A stretch of 62,080 nt of DNA, the filler included, from Candidatus Rokuibacteriota bacterium (GTDB lineage Bacteria; JAUVQV01; DATDCY01): assembly GCA_031406795.1 (NCBI GenBank). It is 8 parts of 8 records of this genome, joined end to end, with 100 filler letters (N's around TTAATTAATTAA, not from the genome) between each part and the next. Parts side by side here need not be neighbours in the genome. Positions count along the whole stretch, not along the records: positions 41,640 to 48,677 come from JANOHV010000185.1; positions 48,778 to 52,700 come from JANOHV010000217.1; 6 more parts are not named here. One strand, written 5' to 3'. The notes beneath the pieces are model-generated. The model saw nothing but the letters and a program-made list of their open reading frames with translations, made no database searches and was not told where the DNA came from. The translations under genes and the position numbers were made by a program. Below are positions 42,115-51,063 of the stretch, piece after piece; position 1 is the stretch's first letter; every line of letters starts with the position of its first letter.

Positions 42115-43143
42115 TTACTTCTGGCGCGTCGGCGCTCCCGGGACGGGCGGGAACTCGATGCCTTCCGCTCGAAAGCGCTCGACGATGCGGGCGCGCAGTT
42201 CGCTGATCACGGCAAGCTGCTCGGCGAAGGCCGCGACCTGGCAGTGCAGCGTGAAATCGAGCGAGGTCGGGCCGAACCCGGGGGCGAAGCGGACGACGGG
42301 CGGAGGATCGGCCAGCAGACCGGGCACTTCGGACGCCGCCCGCACGACGAGATCGAGCAGCACCCGCTCGACCTGTCGCGGGTCGCTCGCGTGGTCGACG
42401 CCGACGGGAATCTGCACCGTGAGCCGCGGCTCGGGGAGCGAGTAGTTCGTCACCACGCTCTGCGAGAGCTTGTTGTTCGGGATGATCACGATGTTGTTCT
42501 GGAGCGTGCGGATGCGCGTCGTGCGCCAGGTGATGTCGAGTACGGCGCCCTCCTGGCCGGACTCCAGACGCAGCGTGTCGCCGACACGGACGGACTTCTC
42601 GACCAGGATGTGGATCCCGGCGAAGAGGTTCGCGAGCGTGTCCTGCAGCGCGAGCGCCACGGCCAGGCCGCCGACGCCGAGGGCGGTCAGCAGCGGGGCG
42701 ATCGCGATCCCCAACTGGGAAAGGATGATCACGAAGCCGATGGCGAGGATCGTGCCCTTGATGACCCCGTAGGCCAGGCCGGTGGTCGGCAGCGGCAGAT
42801 CGGTGCGCTGGACGGACTGGCGCACGATCTTCCCGGCGATCGTCGAGGCCGCCATGGTGATCGAGAAGGTGACGAGCACGCGAATGGTGCGCACCAGATA
42901 GAGCAGGTACTTGTCGGGGAGGTCCGACATCGAAAGGGCCAGATGCAGGCCGATCGCCAGGCACCAGACGATGGAGGGGCGGCTGAGCGCGCGCACGACG
43001 ATGTCGTCGATCGGCGAGGACGTGCGTTCCGACCAGCGGTGCAGCAGGCGCAGCGAGACGCTGCGCAGCAGCAGCAGCGCGAGGCTGGTGCCGATGAAGA
43101 TGCCGAGCGGCAGCGTAACCCTGGTCAGGAGATCGGCGGGCAT
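42115..43143 (-). CDS. Small-conductance mechanosensitive channel (MscS family)
   Basis: LGVGGLAVALALQDTLANLFAG, VGD, ITWRTTRIRT, IIPN, F..EGIEFP. Confidence 0.93.
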   Translation of the reverse strand: MPADLLTRVTLPLGIFIGTSLALLLLRSVSLRLLHRWSERTSSPIDDIVVRALSRPSIVWCLAIGLHLALSMSDLPDKYLLYLVRTIRVLVTFSITMAASTIAGKIVRQSVQRTDLPLPTTGLAYGVIKGTILAIGFVIILSQLGIAIAPLLTALGVGGLAVALALQDTLANLFAGIHILVEKSVRVGDTLRLESGQEGAVLDITWRTTRIRTLQNNIVIIPNNKLSQSVVTNYSLPEPRLTVQIPVGVDHASDPRQVERVLLDLVVRAASEVPGLLADPPPVVRFAPGFGPTSLDFTLHCQVAAFAEQLAVISELRARIVERFRAEGIEFPPVPGAPTRQK

Positions 43144-43166
43144 GGGGGATTATACCGCGGAAGACT

Positions 43167-43685
43167 TCAGTTCAGCGCGCGCCCGGCGCGAAGCCTGCGC
43201 CAGCGCGGGACCACGCGGTGGGAGAGCAGACGAAAGAGCCGGGGCGAGCGGTAACTGATCATGGCCAGCAGGAGGCGCAGTGCCGGCCGAAAGAAGCCGT
43301 CGGGAACCGCATGGTGCGTCCGGACGCGGCGCCCGGGTCCGGAGGCGGCGACGACCTTCGCCAGAACGCGATCGCTCGTGATCCGTTCGTCCGGCGCTGC
43401 GCAGGCGTCTCCCTTGACCAGCAGCCACGGGGTGCCATCAGCGCAGCGCTCGCGGCGGATCAAGCGATGGAGCACCGGGTATCCCGCGCGGGTCAGGAAC
43501 AGGACGATGTCGCCCGGTGCGAGCGTCGAGGCACCGACCCGGCGCAGCGTCACGACGGCGCCGTCCTCGAGCCAGGGCGACATGCTGCGTCCCGTCACGC
43601 GCAGCCGCACGTCGTGACCGCGGCACAACAACTCGTCAACCAGCGTCACCAACTCCCGGCCGTCCCCGCTCGTGCTTGCAATCAT
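43167..43685 (-). CDS. S24/S26-family peptidase (RiPP-cassette associated)
   Basis: RVTGRSMSPWL.DG (Ser), GDIVLF, VLHRL (His), VKGDA; ATG at 43685 in ATGA overlap; no N-terminal TM. Confidence 0.8.
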   Translation of the reverse strand: MIASTSGDGRELVTLVDELLCRGHDVRLRVTGRSMSPWLEDGAVVTLRRVGASTLAPGDIVLFLTRAGYPVLHRLIRRERCADGTPWLLVKGDACAAPDERITSDRVLAKVVAASGPGRRVRTHHAVPDGFFRPALRLLLAMISYRSPRLFRLLSHRVVPRWRRLRAGRALN

Positions 43686-44608
43686 CGAGCCTCCGGGAGG
43701 CCGTCGATCGTCTGCAGCAGCGCCTGCACGGCGCCGGCCGCCGGACGAAACGTCAGTTCGTACGCGGGGCAGCTGGCAATCAGGCCCTGGGAGAAATCGA
43801 CGGCGCGCTCGGTGAGTTCCCGATCGAAGAGCGGCGTCGACAGCACGGGCAGCAGCCTCTTCAGCGCAGCGGCGGGCGCGAGGGGGGAGATGCCGTCCGC
43901 GTCGCCCTTGGTCAGAAAAACCAGGGCGGCGAGCGGCAGGCTCCGGTTCGCGGCAAAACGGCCTTCCCCCGGCCAGGGGCTGCCGGCGATGCGCAGGCCC
44001 TCGACCGAACGGCGGACAATCACCCGGTCGTCGCTCAGCACGGTGATCCCGGCCGCGTCGCAGAGGCGGGAGATGGTCGTCTTGCCGGCGCGGGAGGGAC
44101 CCGCGAGGATCACGCCCCTGCCGCCTATGTCGACGCCGGCCGCGTGAACGATCGTCCCTTCGCCGGCAAGCGCGAGCATCAGCACCATCTGGTCCAGCGG
44201 ATAGTGAAACGGGCTTGCGAGCCACGTGACACCGGCGCGATCGACGAGCAGTTCACGGCCGCAGATCACGCGAGCCGTCCGCCGCCGCCGGTCGATCTCG
44301 GCCTCCCACGCGGGGGCGGCGCCGGCCGGAGTCGCCTGGGGGACGATGACGAATTTGCCCCCGAGTTCCCGCAGCGTCCACGAACGGCCCGCCTCGAACA
44401 GCAGTCGTCCGCGGGGGGACGCGGGCACTTCGCCGACGAGCAACTCGATGCTGATCGAGTCCGCCGACGCGGAACCGCCCTCGTCGAGGAAGGGAAGATA
44501 CTCGGGATTCGTTTCCGGGAGCAGCGGGTAGTCGCGACAGATGATCGAAATCGGCAGACCGCCGAACCGGAACCGACAGCCGCCGGGAGCAGCCCTTTCA
44601 AGTGCCAC
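43682..44608 (-). CDS. HPr-kinase-like P-loop protein (ScmC-like)
   Basis: VHAAGV, GPSRAGKTTISRL Walker A, LSDDRVIV, GSPWPGEG, YELTF. Confidence 0.82.
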   Translation of the reverse strand: MALERAAPGGCRFRFGGLPISIICRDYPLLPETNPEYLPFLDEGGSASADSISIELLVGEVPASPRGRLLFEAGRSWTLRELGGKFVIVPQATPAGAAPAWEAEIDRRRRTARVICGRELLVDRAGVTWLASPFHYPLDQMVLMLALAGEGTIVHAAGVDIGGRGVILAGPSRAGKTTISRLCDAAGITVLSDDRVIVRRSVEGLRIAGSPWPGEGRFAANRSLPLAALVFLTKGDADGISPLAPAAALKRLLPVLSTPLFDRELTERAVDFSQGLIASCPAYELTFRPAAGAVQALLQTIDGLPEAR

Positions 44609-44626
44609 GGGGAGGCACCCGCAGGC

Positions 44627-44797
44627 TCACGACCCGAAGTCGAAACAGGCGCTGATCAGGCAGCCCCCGCCGGGCTGCTTGCTGGATCCGCTTCCCGAGC
44701 TCGACTTGCACCCCACGACCATGACTTCCTCGGCGGCGAAGTCGATCACGGTCAGTTCCGGCTTCTCGTACGGCCGCTTGTCCTGCGCATCAGCCAT
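44627..44797 (-). CDS. Putative RiPP precursor peptide (56 aa)
   Basis: MADAQDKRPYEKPELTVIDFAAEEVMVVGCKSSSGSGSSKQPGGGCLISACFDFGS; YxxPxL leader motif, 3 Cys; GGAGG SD 7 nt upstream; lies between rSAM and kinase genes. Confidence 0.85.
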   Translation of the reverse strand: MADAQDKRPYEKPELTVIDFAAEEVMVVGCKSSSGSGSSKQPGGGCLISACFDFGS

Positions 44798-45890
44798 CTT
44801 CATGCCTCCAAGCATAGATTCTTTCCCGACGTTTGTCACCCAGCGCGCAGAGATACGCGGAAGGCCGCTCCCGGGAACCGCCTTCGAACTCCATGAACGG
44901 CGGGCACAGACCGCAGATATTGCGTCTGTCGCAGGCGTTGCAGCGGTCGTCGTGCGCGACCGTCATCCCGGCGATCTCCTCGACGATTTGCGCCCACGCG
45001 GATCTGAAATCCTGCACGCGCAGGTCGCGCGCCGGCCGTCGGGAGAGCAGGCAGGGGCGGAGCGACCCGCGCGGGTCGATGTGGAAGTTGGTGACCCCCG
45101 CGCCGCAGGTGTAGAGTCGGCGGGAAGGCGGCTCTGCGGCGCCGCGCTCGTAGCAGTCGCGCCAGTGCGCGGCGCTCTCCCGGTTCGGGATATCTCGAAG
45201 AGCGGCCTCCTCGGGGGAGATGCGCAACGCGACCGGGCCGGGGTCTCCATCAAGCCGGGGGAAGATGGCCGGGTCGAACCGCCACCGCGCGCCGTGGTCG
45301 GCGGCCAGTCGCGCCATATCCTCGAACTCGCTCAGGTTGAGGTTCATCAGGACGGTCTTGACGGTCAGCGGCAGCCCGGCGCTCCGGAACCGATCGATGC
45401 CCGAAAGAAACGACCGGAACGACCCCGGAACGCCGGTGATGTTCTCGTGTGTCATCGCGGTTGAACCGTACACGCTCGCCTCGATCATGGCCGGCGGGAG
45501 TTCCCGGAGGAGGGCGACGAGCTCCGCGGAGACTGCGGTCGCATTGGTGAAGAGCGTGACGCGCATGCCGCTGCGCCGGGCCCGGGTGTACAACTCGCCG
45601 AAGTCGGGGCGCAGCAGCGGCTCGCCGCCCGTGAAAACGAGGTCGAGGCAACCGGCGGCGACCAGGCTGTCGATCAGGCCAAGCCAGGTTGCGGTGTCCA
45701 GCTCCTCCGCGCCGCCCGCCGCCGCGCGCTCCTCGCCGAGATAGCAGTGAATGCACTTGAGATTGCAGCGCCTCGTGATCTCGATGCCCCCGGCGACCGG
45801 GACGGCGGCCTCGCGGAACCTGCGGCGCAGGGCCAGGATGCGCGCGGCGTTCCCGGTGCTCCCGGCGCAGACGGCGGCGACGGCGCTCAC
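44790..45890 (-). CDS. Radical SAM enzyme with SPASM domain
   Basis: CNLKCIHC, FTGGEPLLRPDF, FTNAT; C-terminal CGAG...PC...CNAC.....CGLC...LC (7 Cys). Confidence 0.95.
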   Translation of the reverse strand: MSAVAAVCAGSTGNAARILALRRRFREAAVPVAGGIEITRRCNLKCIHCYLGEERAAAGGAEELDTATWLGLIDSLVAAGCLDLVFTGGEPLLRPDFGELYTRARRSGMRVTLFTNATAVSAELVALLRELPPAMIEASVYGSTAMTHENITGVPGSFRSFLSGIDRFRSAGLPLTVKTVLMNLNLSEFEDMARLAADHGARWRFDPAIFPRLDGDPGPVALRISPEEAALRDIPNRESAAHWRDCYERGAAEPPSRRLYTCGAGVTNFHIDPRGSLRPCLLSRRPARDLRVQDFRSAWAQIVEEIAGMTVAHDDRCNACDRRNICGLCPPFMEFEGGSRERPSAYLCALGDKRRERIYAWRHEDG

Positions 45891-46189
45891 GGGACATCCT
45901 CCACCAGGCCGCGCGAGCGGGCCTCCGCGATAAAAGCTTCCAGGTGCTCGCGCGCCTCGTCGCGGCCGACCTCGAAGGCTCCCACGGTTTCCTCGAGAAT
46001 GCGGCCGAGATTCCGCTCGCCGTCGATTCGCTCCCAGATGAAGGCGGCGGTCTGGTTGAGCGCGAAGAGGCTCTGCATGTCGGCGGTCCGTCCCCGAATC
46101 GGCACGAGAATGGTTTCGCCGGCAATCTCCCGGCGCACAATCTCCCCCCTGGGCCGGATGACGCGCCCGGGTTCGAACGTGCTGGTCAT
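45887..46189 (-). CDS. PqqD-family RiPP recognition element (RRE)
   Basis: IVRREIAGETILVP, LFALNQTAAFIWERIDG, FEV....A......FI......GLV. Confidence 0.92.
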   Translation of the reverse strand: MTSTFEPGRVIRPRGEIVRREIAGETILVPIRGRTADMQSLFALNQTAAFIWERIDGERNLGRILEETVGAFEVGRDEAREHLEAFIAEARSRGLVEDVP

Positions 46190-46201
46190 CGTTCCGCCAA
46201 C

Positions 46202-48676
46202 CTAGTGCAGGACCAGGGCCGGGTCACCCAGGATACCGTAGATGCCCAGGGTGTAGTCGGGGCCGTACGCCTCCCCGTAGGAGCGCAGGGCCGCGAGGAA
46301 CAGATCCCCGAGGCGGGGTGCGCCCCCGGAATGGCGGAGCAGGGTGAACTCCCGGGCCAGGCGTCGCGAGCGATCATGGAGCGACAGTCCGCTGGACGAA
46401 AGGAGGGCCGCGGCCCCGCCGTCGCTCCTGAGCAGCAGCGCCTCGCCGAGATTGACGTAGCCGGGGTCGGAATAGCTGCCCGCCAGACACGTGAAAAGCG
46501 TGAACAGCGGCAGGGGGGCCCCGCTGCCGAGCGACGGCACGTCGGCGGCGAGCAACAGCCCTTCGTCCGCCAGTCGGTCATAGCCGGCGTGTCCGAAGTA
46601 GTTGACCTGGGAGACCCCGCCGACGATGCCGGCTGCCAGTGTGCCTCTGGCGGCCGCGAGACCCTGTTCGCCGAGGTACACGGTCGTCCGCCCGTAACCC
46701 GGAGGCAGCAGGTCCATCAGCGCGTTACTGTCGGTGACGTAGTCCCCGCCCTGATCCGGCTGGTCCGCGGCGAACAGCACCCCGGGTGTCGGCGGCTGCG
46801 GCGCCGCTTCGTAGGCGATGATCTTGTCGACCACCGCGTCCAGTTCGGCCGCTGTTTTCGCCGGTATGCGGCCGATCGCCAGGCTGGGGATGGAATCATC
46901 GTCGTCGTCGGCGTACCAGTTGTCGGACGCGAACAGGCCGCGCGGGGTGGAGACCATGGCGGGCGGCACCACGCACTCGTCATGGCCCAGGAAGTTCCGG
47001 TAGTCGTAGCTGCCGTCCCCGGCCAGCAGGACATACCGCGGCGGCGTCGCCCAGGAGTCTCGCGCGTAGGCGAGGAATTTCCGGATGGCGTCCGGGCTGT
47101 AGACACCGTCGTTGAACTCGTCCATGACCGAATCAACCGTCACCACCCTGGCGCTCAGTCCTTCGGAGCGGCGGTAGGCGGCAAGCCGCTCGGCAGCGCC
47201 CAGCATCTCCCCGGCGGTAATGATCAGGTAGTCGGCGGCGTTCGCCGGGTTGAGCAGTCCCGCGGAAACCCACGGCGAGAGAGCGGCGACACCGGCGATC
47301 GCGGTGTCGGCGACGAGAAGATACGGGATGTCGGTCCCGGCCGGTGAGAACGTCGCCTGGTAGCTGCCGGCGGCGCCGTCGATCCTGGCGCCCGTGACGA
47401 GTTTCGGCGCCCGCGGGTCGGCAATGTTGAAGATCCGGATCGCCGGCGTCGTGAAGCCGGAGACAGCTACGGATGCGTTCCCGTCGCCCCGGATCGTGAT
47501 CCGGTCGCCGACGGCCTGGTAGTCACGGTAATAGGCGATGTCCATGGCGTCGAGATAGAAGACGCTGTAGGGAATCCCGGCATCGCGCACGGCTTCGATT
47601 TCAACGGCGTTGTCGCCGTCGGCGAGAAGGCGCTGATCGAAACCGAGCGTGACGACGAGCGGATCGAGTCCGTTCCATCGGCCTTCTCCGATCATGGTCC
47701 CGTTCATGCGGACGATGACGTGGTGCTCCGGGTCCGCGATGGTGTCGGTCGCGCCCCGCAAGGAGACCGCCAGGCTGGCAGTGCCGGCCCCCGACGAACC
47801 GGGAGTGGTGAGCGGGAAGGTCTTCCGGCCGAGCGTCACATTTCCGGCTACCAGATAATCCCAAAGCCAGTAGTCGGCGCGGGGGTCGACGGCGCCGCCG
47901 GTCAGGGTCATGCGGTTCTCTTCGGCGTGTGCGCCATTGAGGAACAAAGCCCCGGCCGCTGCCGGAAGCGCCGGCGCGGCGCGCAGACTCCGGACGAGCC
48001 GTCCGTGACCGGGGGCGATCCAGTAGGCGCTTTCGCCGGAGAATACGGTGTCGGTGCCTTGGCCGTAGAAGAGCAGGCTCTCTCCCCCGTCGACGGGAAG
48101 ATAGGCGACGCTCGAGGACATGGCGGTGAGATCGATTCTGCCGGTGGCGATCATCGTCCGGGCCTTCTTGAGGCTGATCCCGAGCAGCGGGGCGATCTCG
48201 GCCGCGCCGATGCGGTAGATGCCGTCCCGGAGCACCGTGACGCGGATGTCGCTGCCGACGATGCCGGCCGGCGCCAGCGCACGCGCGCGAATGGATCCCG
48301 CCGGCCTCGCCGGGGGCAGCCCCGCCTTGCGCTTCGAGGACTGGCGCGGCTTGCGGGAAAAGATCTCCCCCGCGCGAGAGAAGGCGGTGGCCGACGCGGC
48401 CTGGGCGGCCGCGGGCCGATCGTCCAGTTGCACACGGAAGGGTCCGTAGGCGATCGGCGCTCCCTGGGTCACGATCTCGACGAGTTTATAGCGCAGCTCG
48501 GGGCCGAACGCGCCGGCATCGATTACCGTGTAGGTGCCCCCCGAAGAGGACTCGAGCAGGGCGGGGACGATCTCCGTCGTGACCGGGATTTCGGCCCCGC
48601 GATCAAGTCGATACAGGTAGAAGCCGGCAGTCCCGGATTCAGCGGCGGTCTCCCAGGTCACGAGCGCTCCTTCCGC
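46202..48676 (-). CDS. Large protein with C-terminal C25 (gingipain-family) cysteine peptidase domain, probably 5' truncated
   Basis: ADYLII, I.DEF-like MDEFNDG, YVLLAGDGSYD, SDNWY, AIGRIPA, VNYFGHAG (His), FTCLAG (Cys), GILGDPAL; frame open to the contig edge. Confidence 0.88.
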   Translation of the reverse strand, partial: AEGALVTWETAAESGTAGFYLYRLDRGAEIPVTTEIVPALLESSSGGTYTVIDAGAFGPELRYKLVEIVTQGAPIAYGPFRVQLDDRPAAAQAASATAFSRAGEIFSRKPRQSSKRKAGLPPARPAGSIRARALAPAGIVGSDIRVTVLRDGIYRIGAAEIAPLLGISLKKARTMIATGRIDLTAMSSSVAYLPVDGGESLLFYGQGTDTVFSGESAYWIAPGHGRLVRSLRAAPALPAAAGALFLNGAHAEENRMTLTGGAVDPRADYWLWDYLVAGNVTLGRKTFPLTTPGSSGAGTASLAVSLRGATDTIADPEHHVIVRMNGTMIGEGRWNGLDPLVVTLGFDQRLLADGDNAVEIEAVRDAGIPYSVFYLDAMDIAYYRDYQAVGDRITIRGDGNASVAVSGFTTPAIRIFNIADPRAPKLVTGARIDGAAGSYQATFSPAGTDIPYLLVADTAIAGVAALSPWVSAGLLNPANAADYLIITAGEMLGAAERLAAYRRSEGLSARVVTVDSVMDEFNDGVYSPDAIRKFLAYARDSWATPPRYVLLAGDGSYDYRNFLGHDECVVPPAMVSTPRGLFASDNWYADDDDDSIPSLAIGRIPAKTAAELDAVVDKIIAYEAAPQPPTPGVLFAADQPDQGGDYVTDSNALMDLLPPGYGRTTVYLGEQGLAAARGTLAAGIVGGVSQVNYFGHAGYDRLADEGLLLAADVPSLGSGAPLPLFTLFTCLAGSYSDPGYVNLGEALLLRSDGGAAALLSSSGLSLHDRSRRLAREFTLLRHSGGAPRLGDLFLAALRSYGEAYGPDYTLGIYGILGDPALVLH

Positions 48677-48677
48677 C

Positions 48678-48777
48678 NNNNNNNNNNNNNNNNNNNNNNN
48701 NNNNNNNNNNNNNNNNNNNNNTTAATTAATTAANNNNNNNNNNNNNNNNNNNNNNNNNNNNNNNNNNNNNNNNNNNN
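48678..48777. other. Artificial contig-joining spacer
   Basis: N-run + TTAATTAATTAA + N-run, 100 nt. Confidence 0.98.
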
Positions 48778-48778
48778 T

Positions 48779-49150
48779 TTCCTCGCGCGCACCCGCAACC
48801 GGGGCCGCCTTGTCGTGGTCTCGGACTTCTTCCAGGAAGAGCCGCTCGCCCCGCAGCTCGGGGCGCTGCGGGAGCGCGCGGGGCTCCTGCACCTGGCCCG
48901 GATCCTCGACGAGCGGGATCTCGAGCCCCGGCTGCGGGGGAACTGTCTGGTCGAAGACCCCGAGAGCGAGCGCCGCATCCGCCTCGTGGCCGGCTCTGGG
49001 CTGCAGGAGCAGCTGCGGGCGCTCGTGCGCGCCCACGTCGAAGAAATCGCGCGCTCCTGCCGCGAACTCGGGGTCAGCCACGGGGTGATCCGGACCGCGG
49101 ACCGCTTCGACGACGCGCTCGTGCGCCACCTCCTCGAGCTGGCGCGCTAA
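48779..49150 (+). CDS. DUF58-like protein C-terminus, 5' truncated
   Basis: RGRLVVVSDFF, LD..D..P...G...VEDPE, CRELGV; upstream of BatA/vWA genes. Confidence 0.7.
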   Translation, partial: FLARTRNRGRLVVVSDFFQEEPLAPQLGALRERAGLLHLARILDERDLEPRLRGNCLVEDPESERRIRLVAGSGLQEQLRALVRAHVEEIARSCRELGVSHGVIRTADRFDDALVRHLLELAR

Positions 49151-49199
49151 GGAAGCGTCAGCGCATGTTGGCTCGTCACACTTCTGAGGCGGGGGCGGG

Positions 49200-51063
49200 A
49201 TGCTGACGCTGCAGGACCCGCGCGGGTGGCTGCTCGTGGCGCTCGCGCTGCTGCTGCTGCTCTCGTTCGCCTGGCGTTTGCGCACCCGCCGCGTGGTGCT
49301 CGCCCCCTTCTTCCTGCTCCGGCGTCTCGCGGAGAGCCTCCCCGCCGCTCCCCGGGGTTTTCGCCTGCGGCGCCGGCTCCAGTGGCTGTTGCTGGCCGCC
49401 GCGGTCTTCGCCGTGGCCTTCGCCGGTCTGCGGCCGAAATACTCGTCGGGCGCCGCCGCGGTCCGGGACCTGGTCATCGTCGATCTCTCGCCCAGCCTCG
49501 GCGTGCTCGAGGATGGACGGCCCCGGCTCCGGGCGCTCCGGGAGCGGCTGGAGGACTACGCGGCCCTGCTCCAGGAGCAGGACGCGGTCGTCTTCGTGAC
49601 CGCCGGCCCGCGGGCGGCGGCCAGCACGCCGCTCGCCGGCGGGCGCGAGGCCGGCTCCTGGGGTCGGCGGGCTCGATTACGCTGACGCCCGGGCGGACGT
49701 CGCGGGCGCGGCGCGTCTCGCGGCCAGCCTGGCTGCAGCCGACCGTTACGACCATGTCCTGCTTTTCACCGACCGGGCGTCGCGGTGGCACGAGCAGGCG
49801 AAAGACGAGATCACCGCGCTCTCCCCGCGCGTGATCACCTTCGGCGAGGCGACGGCGAACGCGGGGGTCGAAGCCTTCGACGTCCAGCCGGCGAGCGCCG
49901 GCCGGCCGGGGTACGACCTGTACCTGCGCGTCTCCTGCCGCGGAGGCGGGGCGCCCGGCGACGAGCGTCCGCTCGCGCTCGATCTGTCCAACAACGGTCG
50001 GAAATTCCGCCGGATCGAGCGCCCCTGCGCCCCCGAGTCGCCGGTGGAATTGCTGCTCGAATCGGTTGCGCTGGAAAAAGGCGAGGCGGAAGTGGCGCTC
50101 GCCCCCGGCGACGCCTATCCGGCCGACGACCGGGCGTCCGCCGGCGTCGGCGAGGGCGCGTCGGCGAAGGTCGTCCTGGTCACCGACGGCAACAGTTTCC
50201 TGGAGACAGCGGTCCGCGCCGCCGCGCCCCGCGAGCTGGTCATCGCGCGCCCCGACGCGGAGCTGCCGCGCGACCCCGCGGCGGTCTATCTCTTCGACGG
50301 CCGGGTCCCCGCGGGCGAGCTGCCGGCGCGCGCCCTCTTCATCATGCCGGACCGTCCCCCCGAGGGGATTGTCCTCCAGACGTATCTCTCCTTCCCCTCC
50401 CGGGTGGAGTGGGACCGGGGCGACCCGCTGCTGCGACACGCCGACCTCAGCGGGCTCGCCGTCCGCGGCTATTACGCCTACGCCGCCGACCCGGTCTACC
50501 GGGTCCCCGTCCTCGCCGACGGGAGGCCGCTGCTGCTGCGGCGAGGCGAGGGCGGCCGCCGCTGGATCGTCCTGGCCTTCGATCCCTCGGAGACGAGCCT
50601 CGTCTACGCGCCCGCCTACCCGATCCTGATCGCCAACGCGCTGCGCTGGCTCTCCCTGCTGGGACCGGAGGAGCAGGCCGCCCTGCGCGTCGGGGCGCCG
50701 GTCTTCCTGGACGCGGCCGCCTGCGGCGGCGAGATCCGCACACCCGCCGGCGACGCGATCCCCCTGAAGCCGCCCTGCAACCCGCGCCTGCCGTTTCAGG
50801 GGGTGTTCCACCCGGGCCGCTACCGTGTCGTCTCCGGCTCCGGCGGGGAGCTGGGCGTCTTCCACGCCAACGTCGACGACCCCGTGGTCACCGCCGACAT
50901 CGCCGCCGCCGGCTATGGGCGTGACGGTGCCGAACTGCCGGAAGACCTGGACCGGGGACCGCTGAGCCTGGACCTCGCGCCCTGGCTCGCGATCGCGGCG
51001 CTCGCCCTCCTCGCGGCCGAACGTGCGCTGGCCCCGCGCCGCTCGAGCGTGCTGCTGCCATGA
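49200..51063 (+). pseudogene. BatA-like N-terminal + vWA membrane protein, split by a 1-nt frameshift near 49660
   Basis: BatA-type N-term and VDLSPS MIDAS in frame of 49200; vWA continues (VLLFTD, ITFG) in frame of 49831; removing one G from GGGG 49660-49663 joins them. Confidence 0.7.

Noticed and set aside
43167-46189. Interpretation as a PQQ or lasso-peptide cluster
   Set aside because: No PqqA ExxxY peptide, PqqB or PqqC, and no asparagine-synthetase-like lasso cyclase in the contig
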